Below, in pieces: positions 30,501 to 37,257 of a stretch of DNA of 64,000 nt. The first letter of the stretch is position 1. Each line of letters begins with the position of its first letter. This DNA is from Chloroflexota bacterium. GTDB taxonomy: Bacteria; Chloroflexota; Anaerolineae; Aggregatilineales; Ch27. The DNA is taken from contig JAIOAT010000001.1 of assembly GCA_019873685.1 (NCBI GenBank), positions 19,405-83,404 on the forward strand. The letters are read 5' to 3'. The notes below the pieces were generated by a model. It ran no database searches. It was not told the DNA's origin and saw nothing but the letters and a program-made list of their open reading frames with translations. Made by a program: the position numbers and the translations under genes.

Positions 30501-31934
30501 CACCCGGACGTTCACCAGCCCTTCCGTGCTGGTGTTGGTGACCTGGAAGGTGTAAGTCAGCACCTCGCCGACGGCGACTGCCGCCGGTGCGGCGCTAATC
30601 GTGAGTTGCAGGGCCGGGTTGCGCTTGTCGACGCTTTCCGTCCAGTTGCTACTCACAGTCGCGCCCTGCGGGGAGATGCCGATTCCGGTCAGGATATTGA
30701 CCAGCGGATCGGGGTCGCCCTCCTGAACGATGTAGGCCACATTTTCCTGGTAGGATGCGCCGGGGGCCAGCGTCTTGGGTACGTTGACCAGCAGGCCGGT
30801 CAGCGAATCGACGACTGTCACGCTGTTGAGGGGGGTATCGCCGTCATTTTCCACCCGCACCGTGTAGGTAATGGTATCGCCAATGGCTGCCTGATCGACA
30901 TCGGCCAGTTTGCTGACCCGGATGGAAGGCACCGCGCGGGCTACGGACGTGCCGGTCACGGTAAAGGGGAGCTGGATGCCTGCTGCTGTAGCCAGGACGG
31001 TGACCTCATTGACCACCGGATCCGGGTAGGCAGGCAACATGTTGCAGGAAAAGGTCATGCTGAGCGAAGACCCGGCAGAGGCTGGCAGGGTACTGGTACC
31101 CGCCTGCGCCTGAAGAATCTGCTCCAGGGTAGGCGGGCTGGGCGCCGGCGTACATGTCCCGTAGGCGCTGCCCTCCAGGAACAGATCGCTGATTGAGTCG
31201 ATAGTTGTTGTCAGGGGCCGGTTGTTGCGCAGGGTCAGCGTCCAGGTCACCGGCGCCCCGACTTCGATTGCCGCTGGAGCCGTCAGACTGAGGGTGATGC
31301 TGGGACCTTCCACGCGGAACTCGGTATTGATGCCAGGATCGGAGGCCCGATCAATGTCGCAGCGGCCTACCGCCCCCATGTATCCCCAGCCGAAGAATGT
31401 GTAGTTGACCAGCGTCGGGTCGGTTGGCTGAGCCACATAATCAATGTGGCCGGTGATACGCTCTCCGGGGGATAACACGCCGTCAAAGGGTTCCACATCC
31501 CAGACGGGCTGCAGGCGTGGACCGTGAGTCATGACAATCTCACCCCAGACCCCCGTCAGATCGCCGCTGGCGCGATCGTTGCTGATGACCAGATTGAAGC
31601 GGATGGTCTCGCCTGGAATCAGGCGCAATAGCTCGCCATCTGGGTTGCCGTTGCTGCTACCGGGTGCGACAGTGCTCTCGCCGAAGATGGCGGAGTAGGT
31701 AGTGACGGTGGTCAGGCCGACGCCAATGCTGCCATCCGGGTCAAAACCGTCGGTTCCGCAGAAGCCCGGCGTTGTTGTCTGCCCGTCGGGACGGCTGGCA
31801 GGGACAGGCGCGGGTGGCAGTTCCGCGGCAGCTTCGACAGCGGGCAGAGGAGGCAGTAACAGGCTGGATGAATTGAGGATGATGGCCAGGACATAAACGA
31901 TCGTCAGGACGCGCAACAGCCGCTTTGAACCCAT
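21582..31934 (-). CDS. 3450-aa surface protein: signal peptide, about 25 DUF11/Ig-like repeats, LPATG, 2 TM helices, Pro/Thr linker, C-terminal sortase domain
   Basis: ATG 31934 follows an AGGGGG RBS; signal peptide MGSKRLLRVLTIVYVLAIIL; repeated K.A....A.vGd.itY...v.N units; LPATG at 22437-22451; sortase motifs L.IPKLG, NTVLAGH (His 21852-54), LTLITC (Cys 21663-65) and ERLVVRA (Arg). Confidence 0.93.
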   Translation of the reverse strand: MGSKRLLRVLTIVYVLAIILNSSSLLLPPLPAVEAAAELPPAPVPASRPDGQTTTPGFCGTDGFDPDGSIGVGLTTVTTYSAIFGESTVAPGSSNGNPDGELLRLIPGETIRFNLVISNDRASGDLTGVWGEIVMTHGPRLQPVWDVEPFDGVLSPGERITGHIDYVAQPTDPTLVNYTFFGWGYMGAVGRCDIDRASDPGINTEFRVEGPSITLSLTAPAAIEVGAPVTWTLTLRNNRPLTTTIDSISDLFLEGSAYGTCTPAPSPPTLEQILQAQAGTSTLPASAGSSLSMTFSCNMLPAYPDPVVNEVTVLATAAGIQLPFTVTGTSVARAVPSIRVSKLADVDQAAIGDTITYTVRVENDGDTPLNSVTVVDSLTGLLVNVPKTLAPGASYQENVAYIVQEGDPDPLVNILTGIGISPQGATVSSNWTESVDKRNPALQLTISAAPAAVAVGEVLTYTFQVTNTSTEGLVNVRVEFPLCAEPGAGTGCSGTRVLLGTPPAPSTSLLPGATVSGTFTYTIQGTEPDPFGFTPLTTARASAITNSGSTIADTASVLVDILDNQIRIEASADRETALRGDTITYTFTVSNLTSAPLRVLSITDTLLGAIGNIPAGGLLLDPATPYTFTEQYTISGSDPSPLINVATVTAEGGITDSTSEVVEISNAQLFITVTSNPPSEQLPGLPVTYNVFVSNNGRITLTDITGFYQVVGLAQPEQQFPLQFPGQSAPSLAPGDLAPFELATGSFNRPVQSDDPDPLTVLVRIQGTDDKGTRRSFFATRTIDVLPAQLRIQKEANVTRAAVGDTVTYEFFVTNIQENEITNVSAVDTLCATGLSGCSGSTVLLAPYDPVTETTTGPFVSVIPSLQPGGMAYGTFNYTVLTADLSRQDRILKNRVTVSGTLQPTLQPVGDADEWNIQLVNPLVIDKVADRIIATDGQCVTYTFTVSNISNLSTITDITVSDTALGDLSAAFPAFSLPPGNVATLSQTAPACTGATQHRVTADDLPAITNTATARGVVNGQIVTAQDTWRVEVTSPILVQKTNIEPFFGFAVVGDVIRYRVTLTNVSDVSYSFISARDVSNSAYETERTLSTATLIANSADPTNPALTPGESTSIEYTYEVGPRDPDELINTFQVVMTNGVDTLTFSDTHSVEIYSPFLILKIPNRSFAVVGETIHYDYLVYNVSQIAMNQVTVVDDRLGPIANRRIDNPAVNPGTPYDTTPKTLPAARDYPCLFPICDASYLESNPTANNYTVRPADLTSNKLVNTVTVRGTTTTDSREPGVTILSTQSAEVQIRNPLQVVKIGPPQASRGDSVTYAITVTNTSPLASSNVITNISVIDAQTGEVAMTFPDPVNRPRTLNPGESAAGTVTLTVPQTASDPFVNTVNATGELIIDTNRYNLSTLGTASIDLDDPILEVVLLGSTDTAERNTLVTWSARLSNNGTSDLTNLTYSDATGINFATDSDCPTTLPVGAVDIVCTWQDIITDLDPDPFVNTLRVEGETLGGTEVAAEAEFIVDVIDPRFRVSKVAVPNVAFVGDTIRYTITVTNASDSTMTGVTAYDSLTGPVPLQFPGGIPGVLNNNESTTATISYTLSQADPSPLINMVTASGTTVAGNNLLTDSTYTTVLITASQLLVQKQASPATVQVGERITYNIAITNIGQIPIRNIQVVDAAIGLNTAANPNVCGGSVTYGGRSYTVNCTVRTPLTIAPIDALDPFEVAFLTYEVEVTADLPDPFVNEAIATGVDGQGNPIEGADTIAVNILTPGIQLTKTADRAGAAIGDTVLYTVELVNLGDSDLTNVRVIDNELGTPIQMSVEGGPLTTTIPALAPNQRAIGVIAYTVTASTPNPFVNTVTVTNDQGITDGAAATIDIRDLGITVTKTPRTTSVVIGDTVTYDIEVTNTSGQPLTAISVIDHLSGLPIPLRDPVTGAIIDTLAPDGRAVGAFDYTIPPGAPDPLVNRVTATGRASSGVTISSSGLALVDIREADLSLTKTASTGIALIGEAVTYGFLIRNEGTSTLTNVVLSDPLCGTADSGCTGGNVDLTFPGDPGVLEPGQEATGILTRTVRASDPDPLINTALATARTANGTTIQDTDSVSVQIASSDLVVSKTIAGIGGCAAPVVRPFARIGDVVAYRVRIENLGATPITNISVVDTTSGQDITARLLPGVIPPLTPTLGGFGSAETCIEIPVTATTPDPLVNTVVATGLLGGVSFLTDTASASIPIASGDLFVTNVADRPSAAIGETITYTVTVRNTGLRTLNNVRATSPDAGGAIALGTDTLNPGQSTTGSYTHMVTGLDSDPFVSTVTVTAIAPGPLTLTDTASASVDIVSPGIRLTKSATPAVASVGTEIAYTLTVTNTGAENITAFAVIDPLLGGDITGCFDPGVALPNPAPICTPPGASPLPLAPGASASATIRRILTSGDGDPATNTAAVTAAVFNPPDPSNPIMVADTARAQVIVAGSGLNVVKSADRAAAFDGDLVTYTLDITNTSTTPVTGLTVTDTLVPSITLPKYTLAIGEHITTTYTRRVNAALDPDPLVNTVQVVGRDGFGITVSDTSSATVAILNNAAIRVTVSADRTTVLAGQSVNYLATVTNIGGEALSSVSALATLPDGSALDLTGQFTTTTLPPGGSVVAMFSYNVLLSDSSPLVASVIAQGTGPTVGTVSDTGSVAVTITLSSMSLSATPLNCPTPCIGVAGDSIMFAANLRNDGATTLTNVSLSANVPIQTTDPISGLILTPGQRVTIEFVYIVPLNAPDPVNLTLQAQGIDPIGTTISRSYTYLLDTAAPRIDVSLSANREGAAPGEIVTYTAEIRNSGNEPLTDLALVDSLAGALTSRLPVRSLAPGQRTSVSYTYTVGTNTPDPLVSTVTASGLTSFNRSVADNDTYVLNVLRPQLYIRAVANKTVATLGERVDYTVSVLNVGDGPINNLRGSFVVDRSFAAGGLPRPATQGGAIVLGTTTLPPGVATSGIFSYIPTTGDPNPLTIRVIVSGEGFVGTATLPVSAETTVTIALITTDPSGNPYIIGTPVPGVADPQVNKEVLQPFAAPGGLVTWTLTVRNPGTEPLAGVILTDTLDIKMQVESVTISNGTIEREGNTVVAVTNTLNFNDAATLTIVARVNEGVIAGAILQNVGCATSVGGSASICDTAAVRIAPDAALLPATGQAAASGDGDTAIVAAIAGVITLLTLGLLGMTLGAPAHRVQLLTLVAIGAIVLAVIVIVIALVGGSGGEGLQAEASATPAEMVEGVPQHPTLPPAFTPPPTVTTLPPTAIPIPAAQSTLPSPPEPTTAPPFRPQTERELFIPKLGLSSPVPIVNIPLRNRTWDVRDLGQNIGFLQGTTWVDEAAGEFGGNTVLAGHIQITQGVPGPFRDLDLLEVGDSIFLVDRNTIYEFQVSAIDVVAANDVEVTYPTAQQMLTLITCTTWNAFRGVFAERLVVRAQPVRTMTY
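22480..31320 (-). repeat. tandem DUF11 (conserved repeat domain) / pilin-D2-like protein repeats, about 25 units
   Basis: I counted 25 units by eye from ITLSLTAP..VTWTLTLRN to VNKEV..VTWTLTVRN, plus a divergent N-terminal unit. The repeats are diverged at DNA level; boundaries are approximate. Confidence 0.85.
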
Positions 31935-32199
31935 GATAATCCCCCTGCAGGCAGGTGCGTCCGGCTCTATGGCATAACGCCGAGGCCGGATCCTGGCTGA
32001 CACCGTTCGGGTACCAGAGGATGAACACTGCCTATCATTATGGGGCGTCTTGAGCGCTCAGGGCAAGTGCCAGAATGTACTACCTGACGTAGCTTCGACT
32101 GAGCAGACGGGCGGCATGGCATCCTCGCCTGGCCTGGTCTGATCCGGTATACTCTGCGCCGAGATAATGAACAGCTTAACTGGACAGGATGGCTGGGCA

Positions 32200-32748
32200 G
32201 TGAAGATCTACACACGTACAGGTGACAGCGGAGACACGGGGTTGTTCGGTGGCGGACGTGTGCGCAAGCATCACGTGCGCGTGGAAGCGTACGGCACGGT
32301 GGACGAACTGAACTCCTGGTTGGGGATGGTGCAGGCCGGGCCGTTGCCGGAACAGGCCCAACGCTGGCTGGAGGCTATCCAGAACGATCTGTTTCGGCTG
32401 GGATCCGATCTGGCGACGCCGCTGGATACCCGCTCGGCGTGGGTGGTGCGCATCGAGCAGGCGGCGGTGGAGGCGTTGGAGCAGGCTATCGACAGGATGG
32501 ACGAAGATCTGCCGCCGTTGACCAGCTTCATCCTGCCGGGGGGAACGCCGGCTGCGGCGGCGCTGCATGTGGCGCGGACGGTGTGCCGCCGGGCCGAGCG
32601 GGTGGCTGTGGCACTGGCTGATGTCGAGGCTGTCAATCCGGCAGCAATCGCGTACCTGAACCGCCTCTCCGATTTTTTGTTCACGCTGGCTCGCTGGGTC
32701 AACCTGCAAGCAGGCCAGGATGAAGTGCCCTGGTCAGTCCGGACATAA
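32200..32748 (+). CDS. PduO-type ATP:cob(I)alamin adenosyltransferase
   Basis: KIYTRTGDSGDT, AYGTVDELNS, FILPGG, ARTVCRRAER and YLNRLSDFLF motifs; GTG start at 32200. Confidence 0.95.
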   Translation: MKIYTRTGDSGDTGLFGGGRVRKHHVRVEAYGTVDELNSWLGMVQAGPLPEQAQRWLEAIQNDLFRLGSDLATPLDTRSAWVVRIEQAAVEALEQAIDRMDEDLPPLTSFILPGGTPAAAALHVARTVCRRAERVAVALADVEAVNPAAIAYLNRLSDFLFTLARWVNLQAGQDEVPWSVRT

Positions 32749-32772
32749 GGGTCGGGTGATCAAGATGTCGCG

Positions 32773-33219
32773 TCAGTCCAGAAGCCCCAGGTAGCCCAGG
32801 AGAGCGTCAAGGCCAAGCGTGTAGCTCCGCCAGCCGAAGCCGCTGATCTGACCCAGACAGGCCGGCGCTGTCAGCGAATGCTGGCGGAATGGCTCGCGGG
32901 CGTAGATGTTGCTCAGGTGGACTTCCACTACCGGCAAATCGATAGCGCTGATCGCGTCACGCAGGGCGATGGAGGTATGCGTATACGCGCCGGGGTTGAA
33001 GATCACGCCTGCCGCCCAGTTGCGGGCGATGTGCAGCGCGTCAATGAGCACACCTTCGTGGTTAGACTGCTGAATGCGCACCTGGACGCTGCGTTCGCGG
33101 GCATGATCCTGGATACGTTCATTGATGTCGTCGAGTGTGAGCGAACCGTAGACCTCCGGTTCGCGCTGCCCCAGCAGATTCAAGTTCGGGCCGTGCAGAA
33201 TCAGAATTTCGGGACTCAT
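32773..33219 (-). CDS. aroQ: type II 3-dehydroquinate dehydratase
   Basis: [32 protein letters not shown] and [14 protein letters not shown] motifs. Confidence 0.97.
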   Translation of the reverse strand: MSPEILILHGPNLNLLGQREPEVYGSLTLDDINERIQDHARERSVQVRIQQSNHEGVLIDALHIARNWAAGVIFNPGAYTHTSIALRDAISAIDLPVVEVHLSNIYAREPFRQHSLTAPACLGQISGFGWRSYTLGLDALLGYLGLLD

Positions 33220-34277
33220 GGTTGATCAGCAAGCTCCTTCAAGACGGCCATCACCTCTTCAGGCGGTACGTTGTCTCTAACTACCGGCGCTCCGATGCCC
33301 TGTAACAGTACGAAACGGTTGCGGCCATCCTGCCATTTCTTATCCACCGCCATAGCCTGCCACAGATTGGCGGGGTCGTAGGGGCCAAAGCGCACCGGAA
33401 GGCCGACCTTGCCCAACAGACGTTCAACCTGCGCGGGTAGATCAGGCGAACACAGACCCAGGCGCGCCGAGAGCCGGGCAGCCGCGACCAGCCCGACGGC
33501 CACAGCCTCACCATGCTTCCAGGTGTAGCCGCTGACCTGCTCCAGGGCGTGGGCGAAAGTATGACCCAGGTTCAGGTGGGCGCGGATGTTCTGTTCGAAG
33601 GGGTCTTGCTGGACGACCTCGACTTTGACCCGCACCGCGCGCGGGATGAACTCCGCTGCCCGTTCGCGCTGTAACAGGGCGGAGTCGAGCAGGGCAGGGT
33701 CAGCCAGCAGACCGTGCTTGATCACTTCCGCCAGGCCGCAACGCCATTCGATGTCTGGCAGGGTTTGCAGCACGTCCGGATCGATCACCACCAGTTCGGG
33801 CTGTTTGAATGCGCCCACCAGATTCTTGCCTTCGGGCAGGTCAACGCCGGTTTTGCCGCCTACACTGGAATCGACCATGGCCAGCAGACTGGTAGGAACC
33901 TGCACCAGACGCACGCCACGCATATAGGTGGCGGCCACAAAACCCAGCAAATCGCCGATGACGCCGCCGCCCAGCGCGATGATCAACCCATGTCGATCCA
34001 GGCCAAGCTGCGCCAGACCGCTATAGACCACCCGGCACGTCTCCAGCGTCTTGTGCTGCTCACCATCCGGCAACGTGACGGTAACAGCGTTCGGGAGTTG
34101 CCCGGCCAGGGCGCGGCCATACAGCGGAGCCAGGGTCGTGTTGGTCCCGACGATGGTGCGCCCGGTCAGGCCGCGGGCAGCCAGAATCTGATCCAGATGC
34201 TGCAACCCTCCCGGCGCGAAGAGAATGTCATAACCGCCGACCGGCGTGCTTACGTGGATGCAGTCAGTTTCTGCCAT
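33216..34277 (-). CDS. aroB: 3-dehydroquinate synthase
   Basis: [41 protein letters not shown] and [12 protein letters not shown]. True ATG is at 34277; the track ORF is over-extended. Confidence 0.96.
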   Translation of the reverse strand: MAETDCIHVSTPVGGYDILFAPGGLQHLDQILAARGLTGRTIVGTNTTLAPLYGRALAGQLPNAVTVTLPDGEQHKTLETCRVVYSGLAQLGLDRHGLIIALGGGVIGDLLGFVAATYMRGVRLVQVPTSLLAMVDSSVGGKTGVDLPEGKNLVGAFKQPELVVIDPDVLQTLPDIEWRCGLAEVIKHGLLADPALLDSALLQRERAAEFIPRAVRVKVEVVQQDPFEQNIRAHLNLGHTFAHALEQVSGYTWKHGEAVAVGLVAAARLSARLGLCSPDLPAQVERLLGKVGLPVRFGPYDPANLWQAMAVDKKWQDGRNRFVLLQGIGAPVVRDNVPPEEVMAVLKELADQP

Positions 34278-34777
34278 AAAGCCAGGATTTCCTCCATGGT
34301 TTGCCGGGGAGTCAGGGCGCTGGTATCCAGATGGTAGGGCAGGGCGGCATACGCTGCCCGGCGGGTTTTCAGCAGGGCATGGATTCGCTCCGGCAGGGCT
34401 GAGCCATCGAGCAGGGGGCGATCCTGCTGCATCTGGAGGCGCGCCAGCAGTACGTCCGGAGATGCTTCCAGGCAGATGACCACGCCGCTGCCGATCATCA
34501 ACGCCCGGTTGACCGGGTCGATCAACGCCCCGCCGCCAGTGGCGATGACCAGCCCATCCCGCGCAGCCAGTTCGTGACATAACTCGCGCTCCATGCGGCG
34601 GAAGGCGGCTTCGCCCCGCGTGGCGAAGATAGCCGGGATGTTCAGCCCGGCGCGCTGTTCGATCAGCGCGTCCATGTCCACAAATGGCCGGCCCAGCTGT
34701 TCGGCCACCAGCCGGCCAACAGTGGTCTTGCCCGTGCCCATGAAGCCAGTCAGGACGAGATTCATCGCCCGGCTCAC
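34250..34777 (-). CDS. aroK: shikimate kinase
   Basis: LTGFMGTGKTTVG, DMD, GEAAFRRME, ATGGG and RPLL motifs. Confidence 0.96.
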   Translation of the reverse strand: MSRAMNLVLTGFMGTGKTTVGRLVAEQLGRPFVDMDALIEQRAGLNIPAIFATRGEAAFRRMERELCHELAARDGLVIATGGGALIDPVNRALMIGSGVVICLEASPDVLLARLQMQQDRPLLDGSALPERIHALLKTRRAAYAALPYHLDTSALTPRQTMEEILALWQKLTAST

Positions 34778-35184
34778 TCTCCGTTCTGTCGGTCGTAATG
34801 GCGAATGGCCATGCCGGTGACGGGGCGCATGCCCAGGCGCTCGTAAAAAGGCTGCAGGGCGGCGTCACAGACCAGGTCCAGCGCATATAGATGGCGGCAG
34901 GTAGCGATCATCCGCTGCATCAGACCGGTGCCGATCCCGCGCCGCTGGTATTCCGGCAGCACTTCCAGGTTGGGGATGAAGGCGGCGTGCAGCCCGTCGC
35001 TGATGGCGTTGACGAAGCCGACGACGCGCCCGCTGGTTTCATCAATCGCCAGCCAGACGACCGCGCTCCCCTGCAGAATTCTGAGGTGTGTCTCCGGAGT
35101 GGGCGGGTTCGGCCAGCCGACGAAGAAGCCGCGCAATTGATCAGGAGTGATCCCGCTCAGGGAATCGGTGTAGCGGATGGTCAT
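34774..35184 (-). CDS. GNAT-family N-acetyltransferase embedded in aro operon
   Basis: VVGFVNAISDG, LEVLPEYQRRGIGTGL and FYERLG motifs; ATG at 35184 directly after the aroC stop. Confidence 0.9.
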   Translation of the reverse strand: MTIRYTDSLSGITPDQLRGFFVGWPNPPTPETHLRILQGSAVVWLAIDETSGRVVGFVNAISDGLHAAFIPNLEVLPEYQRRGIGTGLMQRMIATCRHLYALDLVCDAALQPFYERLGMRPVTGMAIRHYDRQNGE

Positions 35185-35185
35185 G

Positions 35186-36391
35186 CTAGAACTCCAGGTC
35201 GGGCGGCCAGTTGTAGCCAAACTGCCAGGGTTCATTTCGCATAGTCAATTCACCTAATGAACCCCGACGCAGGTCGGCAAAGCGAGCACGCAATTCATCC
35301 AGATGATCACCGCCAAGCTTCTCGAGCAGCGCGTCAGCCAGCACAAAGGCGACCATCGCCTCGCCGATGACTACAGCGCGCGGCACGGCGCAGAAGTCTG
35401 AGCGCTCATACACCGTCTGGCTTGCCTCGCCGGTTGCCAGGTCGACCGTCCCTAGCGGCGTAAGGGTGGTGCTGATCGGCTTCATGGCGGCACGCAGGAT
35501 CAGCGGCTCGCCGGTGGTGATGCCTCCTTCCAGACCCCCGGCGCGGTTAGACTTGCGACGCACCAGGCCATCTTCTGCCACGATCTCATCGTGAACCTGC
35601 GTGCCGGGCAGGGCGGTGTTGGCGAACGCGTGCCCGATCTCGGCCCCTTTGATGGAGGGGATGCTACCCAGCGCGGCCAGTAGCCGACCGGTCAGCCGGC
35701 GATCCCAGTGTACGTGGCTGCCCAGACCGGGCGGCAGGCCCAGCGCCACGATCTCAAAGATGCCGCCGAGCGTGTCTCTGGCGATCTTGGCCTGACGGAT
35801 CGCTTCCCGCATGGCGGCATCGGCGGCTTCGTCCGGGCAGCGAACCTCGCTGGCTTCGGCCCTGGCGAAGCGGGCAGGATAGTCCATGTCCGCTGGAAGA
35901 TCAGCTTCTACAGGGCCGATGCGGGTCACATAGCCGCCGACTACAATGCCGAAAGTGGACAGCAGCTTCCTGCAGATAGCCCCGACCGCCACCCGCGCTG
36001 CCGTCTCGCGGGCGCTGGCCCGTTCCAGCGCCAGGCGCAGGTCGCGGTAGCCGTACTTGATAGCCCCGGTCAGGTCAGCGTGGCCGGGGCGCGGGGTCGT
36101 CAGGGGGGCGATGTCGCGCCCGGCCCAGTGTTTCCAGTCCCGGTTGCCGATGAGCAGGGCGATTGGCGCGCCGGTAGTTTGCCCGGCCATTACGCCAGCA
36201 GTCAGCCGCACCTGATCGCGCTCGATCTGCATCCGTCCGCCGCTGCCATAGCCCTGTTGACGGCGGGCCAGATCGCGGTTGATCTCCTCCGGGTCAAGCG
36301 GTAGCCCGGCGGGCATCCCTTCCAGAATGGCAGTAAGCAGCGGGCCGTGCGATTCGCCGGCGGTAAGAAAACGCAATCGTGAAGGGGTCAT
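35186..36391 (-). CDS. aroC: chorismate synthase
   Basis: LRFLTAGESHG, RPGHAD, ERASARETAARVA, SNRAGGLEGG, MKPIST and ERSD motifs. Confidence 0.98.
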   Translation of the reverse strand: MTPSRLRFLTAGESHGPLLTAILEGMPAGLPLDPEEINRDLARRQQGYGSGGRMQIERDQVRLTAGVMAGQTTGAPIALLIGNRDWKHWAGRDIAPLTTPRPGHADLTGAIKYGYRDLRLALERASARETAARVAVGAICRKLLSTFGIVVGGYVTRIGPVEADLPADMDYPARFARAEASEVRCPDEAADAAMREAIRQAKIARDTLGGIFEIVALGLPPGLGSHVHWDRRLTGRLLAALGSIPSIKGAEIGHAFANTALPGTQVHDEIVAEDGLVRRKSNRAGGLEGGITTGEPLILRAAMKPISTTLTPLGTVDLATGEASQTVYERSDFCAVPRAVVIGEAMVAFVLADALLEKLGGDHLDELRARFADLRRGSLGELTMRNEPWQFGYNWPPDLEF

Positions 36392-37257
36392 GTGAGGGCC
36401 TGCCTTGCTGCGTCCAGCATGATGTCGATCGGAGCCTCGCGCCCTGTCCAGAGGGTGAACGCCGCCGCTCCCTGGCGGACGAGCATCCCGAGGCCGTTGT
36501 ACGCTGCGGCACCGGAATCCAGTGCCTGCCGCATCAGCCGCGTTTGCGCCGGGCGGTAGACCATATCATACACTACCGCTGCCGATGGAATCGCCAGGTC
36601 AGAAGGCCAGGGCGTTTCATCGTCATGGGGCCACATGCCGACCGGCGTGCAGTGAACGATCAAGCGGATCTGGCTCAGGTCGATGCGCCTGAGCGCCTCC
36701 CAGGGTATGGCATGGATCTCCGTTTGCGCTGGCAGGTTGCGCCTGGCTTCGTTAACCAGCTGTTCGCCGCGTTCCGGCCTGCGGGACGCGATCGTGATCG
36801 TATATCCCTGACGGGCCAGCACGACCGCTGCCGCACGGGCAGCGCCGCCCGCCCCCAGGATCAGGGCGCTGGCTCCCGGCTCAGGCAGGCCGACCAGGGC
36901 GCGGAGGTCATGGTGGAGGCCAGCGGCATCGGTGTTTGTCCCTTCCCAGCGGATGACGCCACCTTCCTCGACAGCAGCGATAGTGTTGACCGCGCCGATC
37001 AGACGCGCCTCCGGCCGGATGCTATCCAGCAGATCGATCACTGCGCGTTTGTGGGGCACGGTGACGTTCAGACCGCGGAGGCCGTCCGCCTGCAGCGCCC
37101 GAAGTCCAGAAGCAAGGTTGTCAGGGGAGATGGGGTAGGCGTCATAGCGCCAGTTGAGGCCCAGCGCGGTGAAGGCTGCATTGAACATAGCCGGGCTGAC
37201 GCTGTGCGCGACCGGCCACCCGATCAAGCCAACCCGTTGGATGGCGCTGACGGTCAT
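36388..37257 (-). CDS. aroE: shikimate dehydrogenase
   Basis: GWPVAHSVSP, GLNVTVPHK, GAVNT, NTD, GAGGAARA and DMVYRP motifs. Confidence 0.96.
   Translation of the reverse strand: MTVSAIQRVGLIGWPVAHSVSPAMFNAAFTALGLNWRYDAYPISPDNLASGLRALQADGLRGLNVTVPHKRAVIDLLDSIRPEARLIGAVNTIAAVEEGGVIRWEGTNTDAAGLHHDLRALVGLPEPGASALILGAGGAARAAAVVLARQGYTITIASRRPERGEQLVNEARRNLPAQTEIHAIPWEALRRIDLSQIRLIVHCTPVGMWPHDDETPWPSDLAIPSAAVVYDMVYRPAQTRLMRQALDSGAAAYNGLGMLVRQGAAAFTLWTGREAPIDIMLDAARQALT

Noticed and set aside
32004-32199. Possible cobalamin riboswitch before the PduO-type gene
   Set aside because: No B12-box or conserved GGGAA/CGGTG elements seen.
33340-33348. TTATCCACC DnaA-box-like site
   Set aside because: Single imperfect copy inside aroB; expected by chance.
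34278-34886. Apparent 556-aa aroB (possible aroK-aroB fusion)
   Set aside because: aroK is in a different frame and the extension is nonsense sequence. A frameshifted fusion is not needed, since aroB has its own ATG overlapping the end of aroK.
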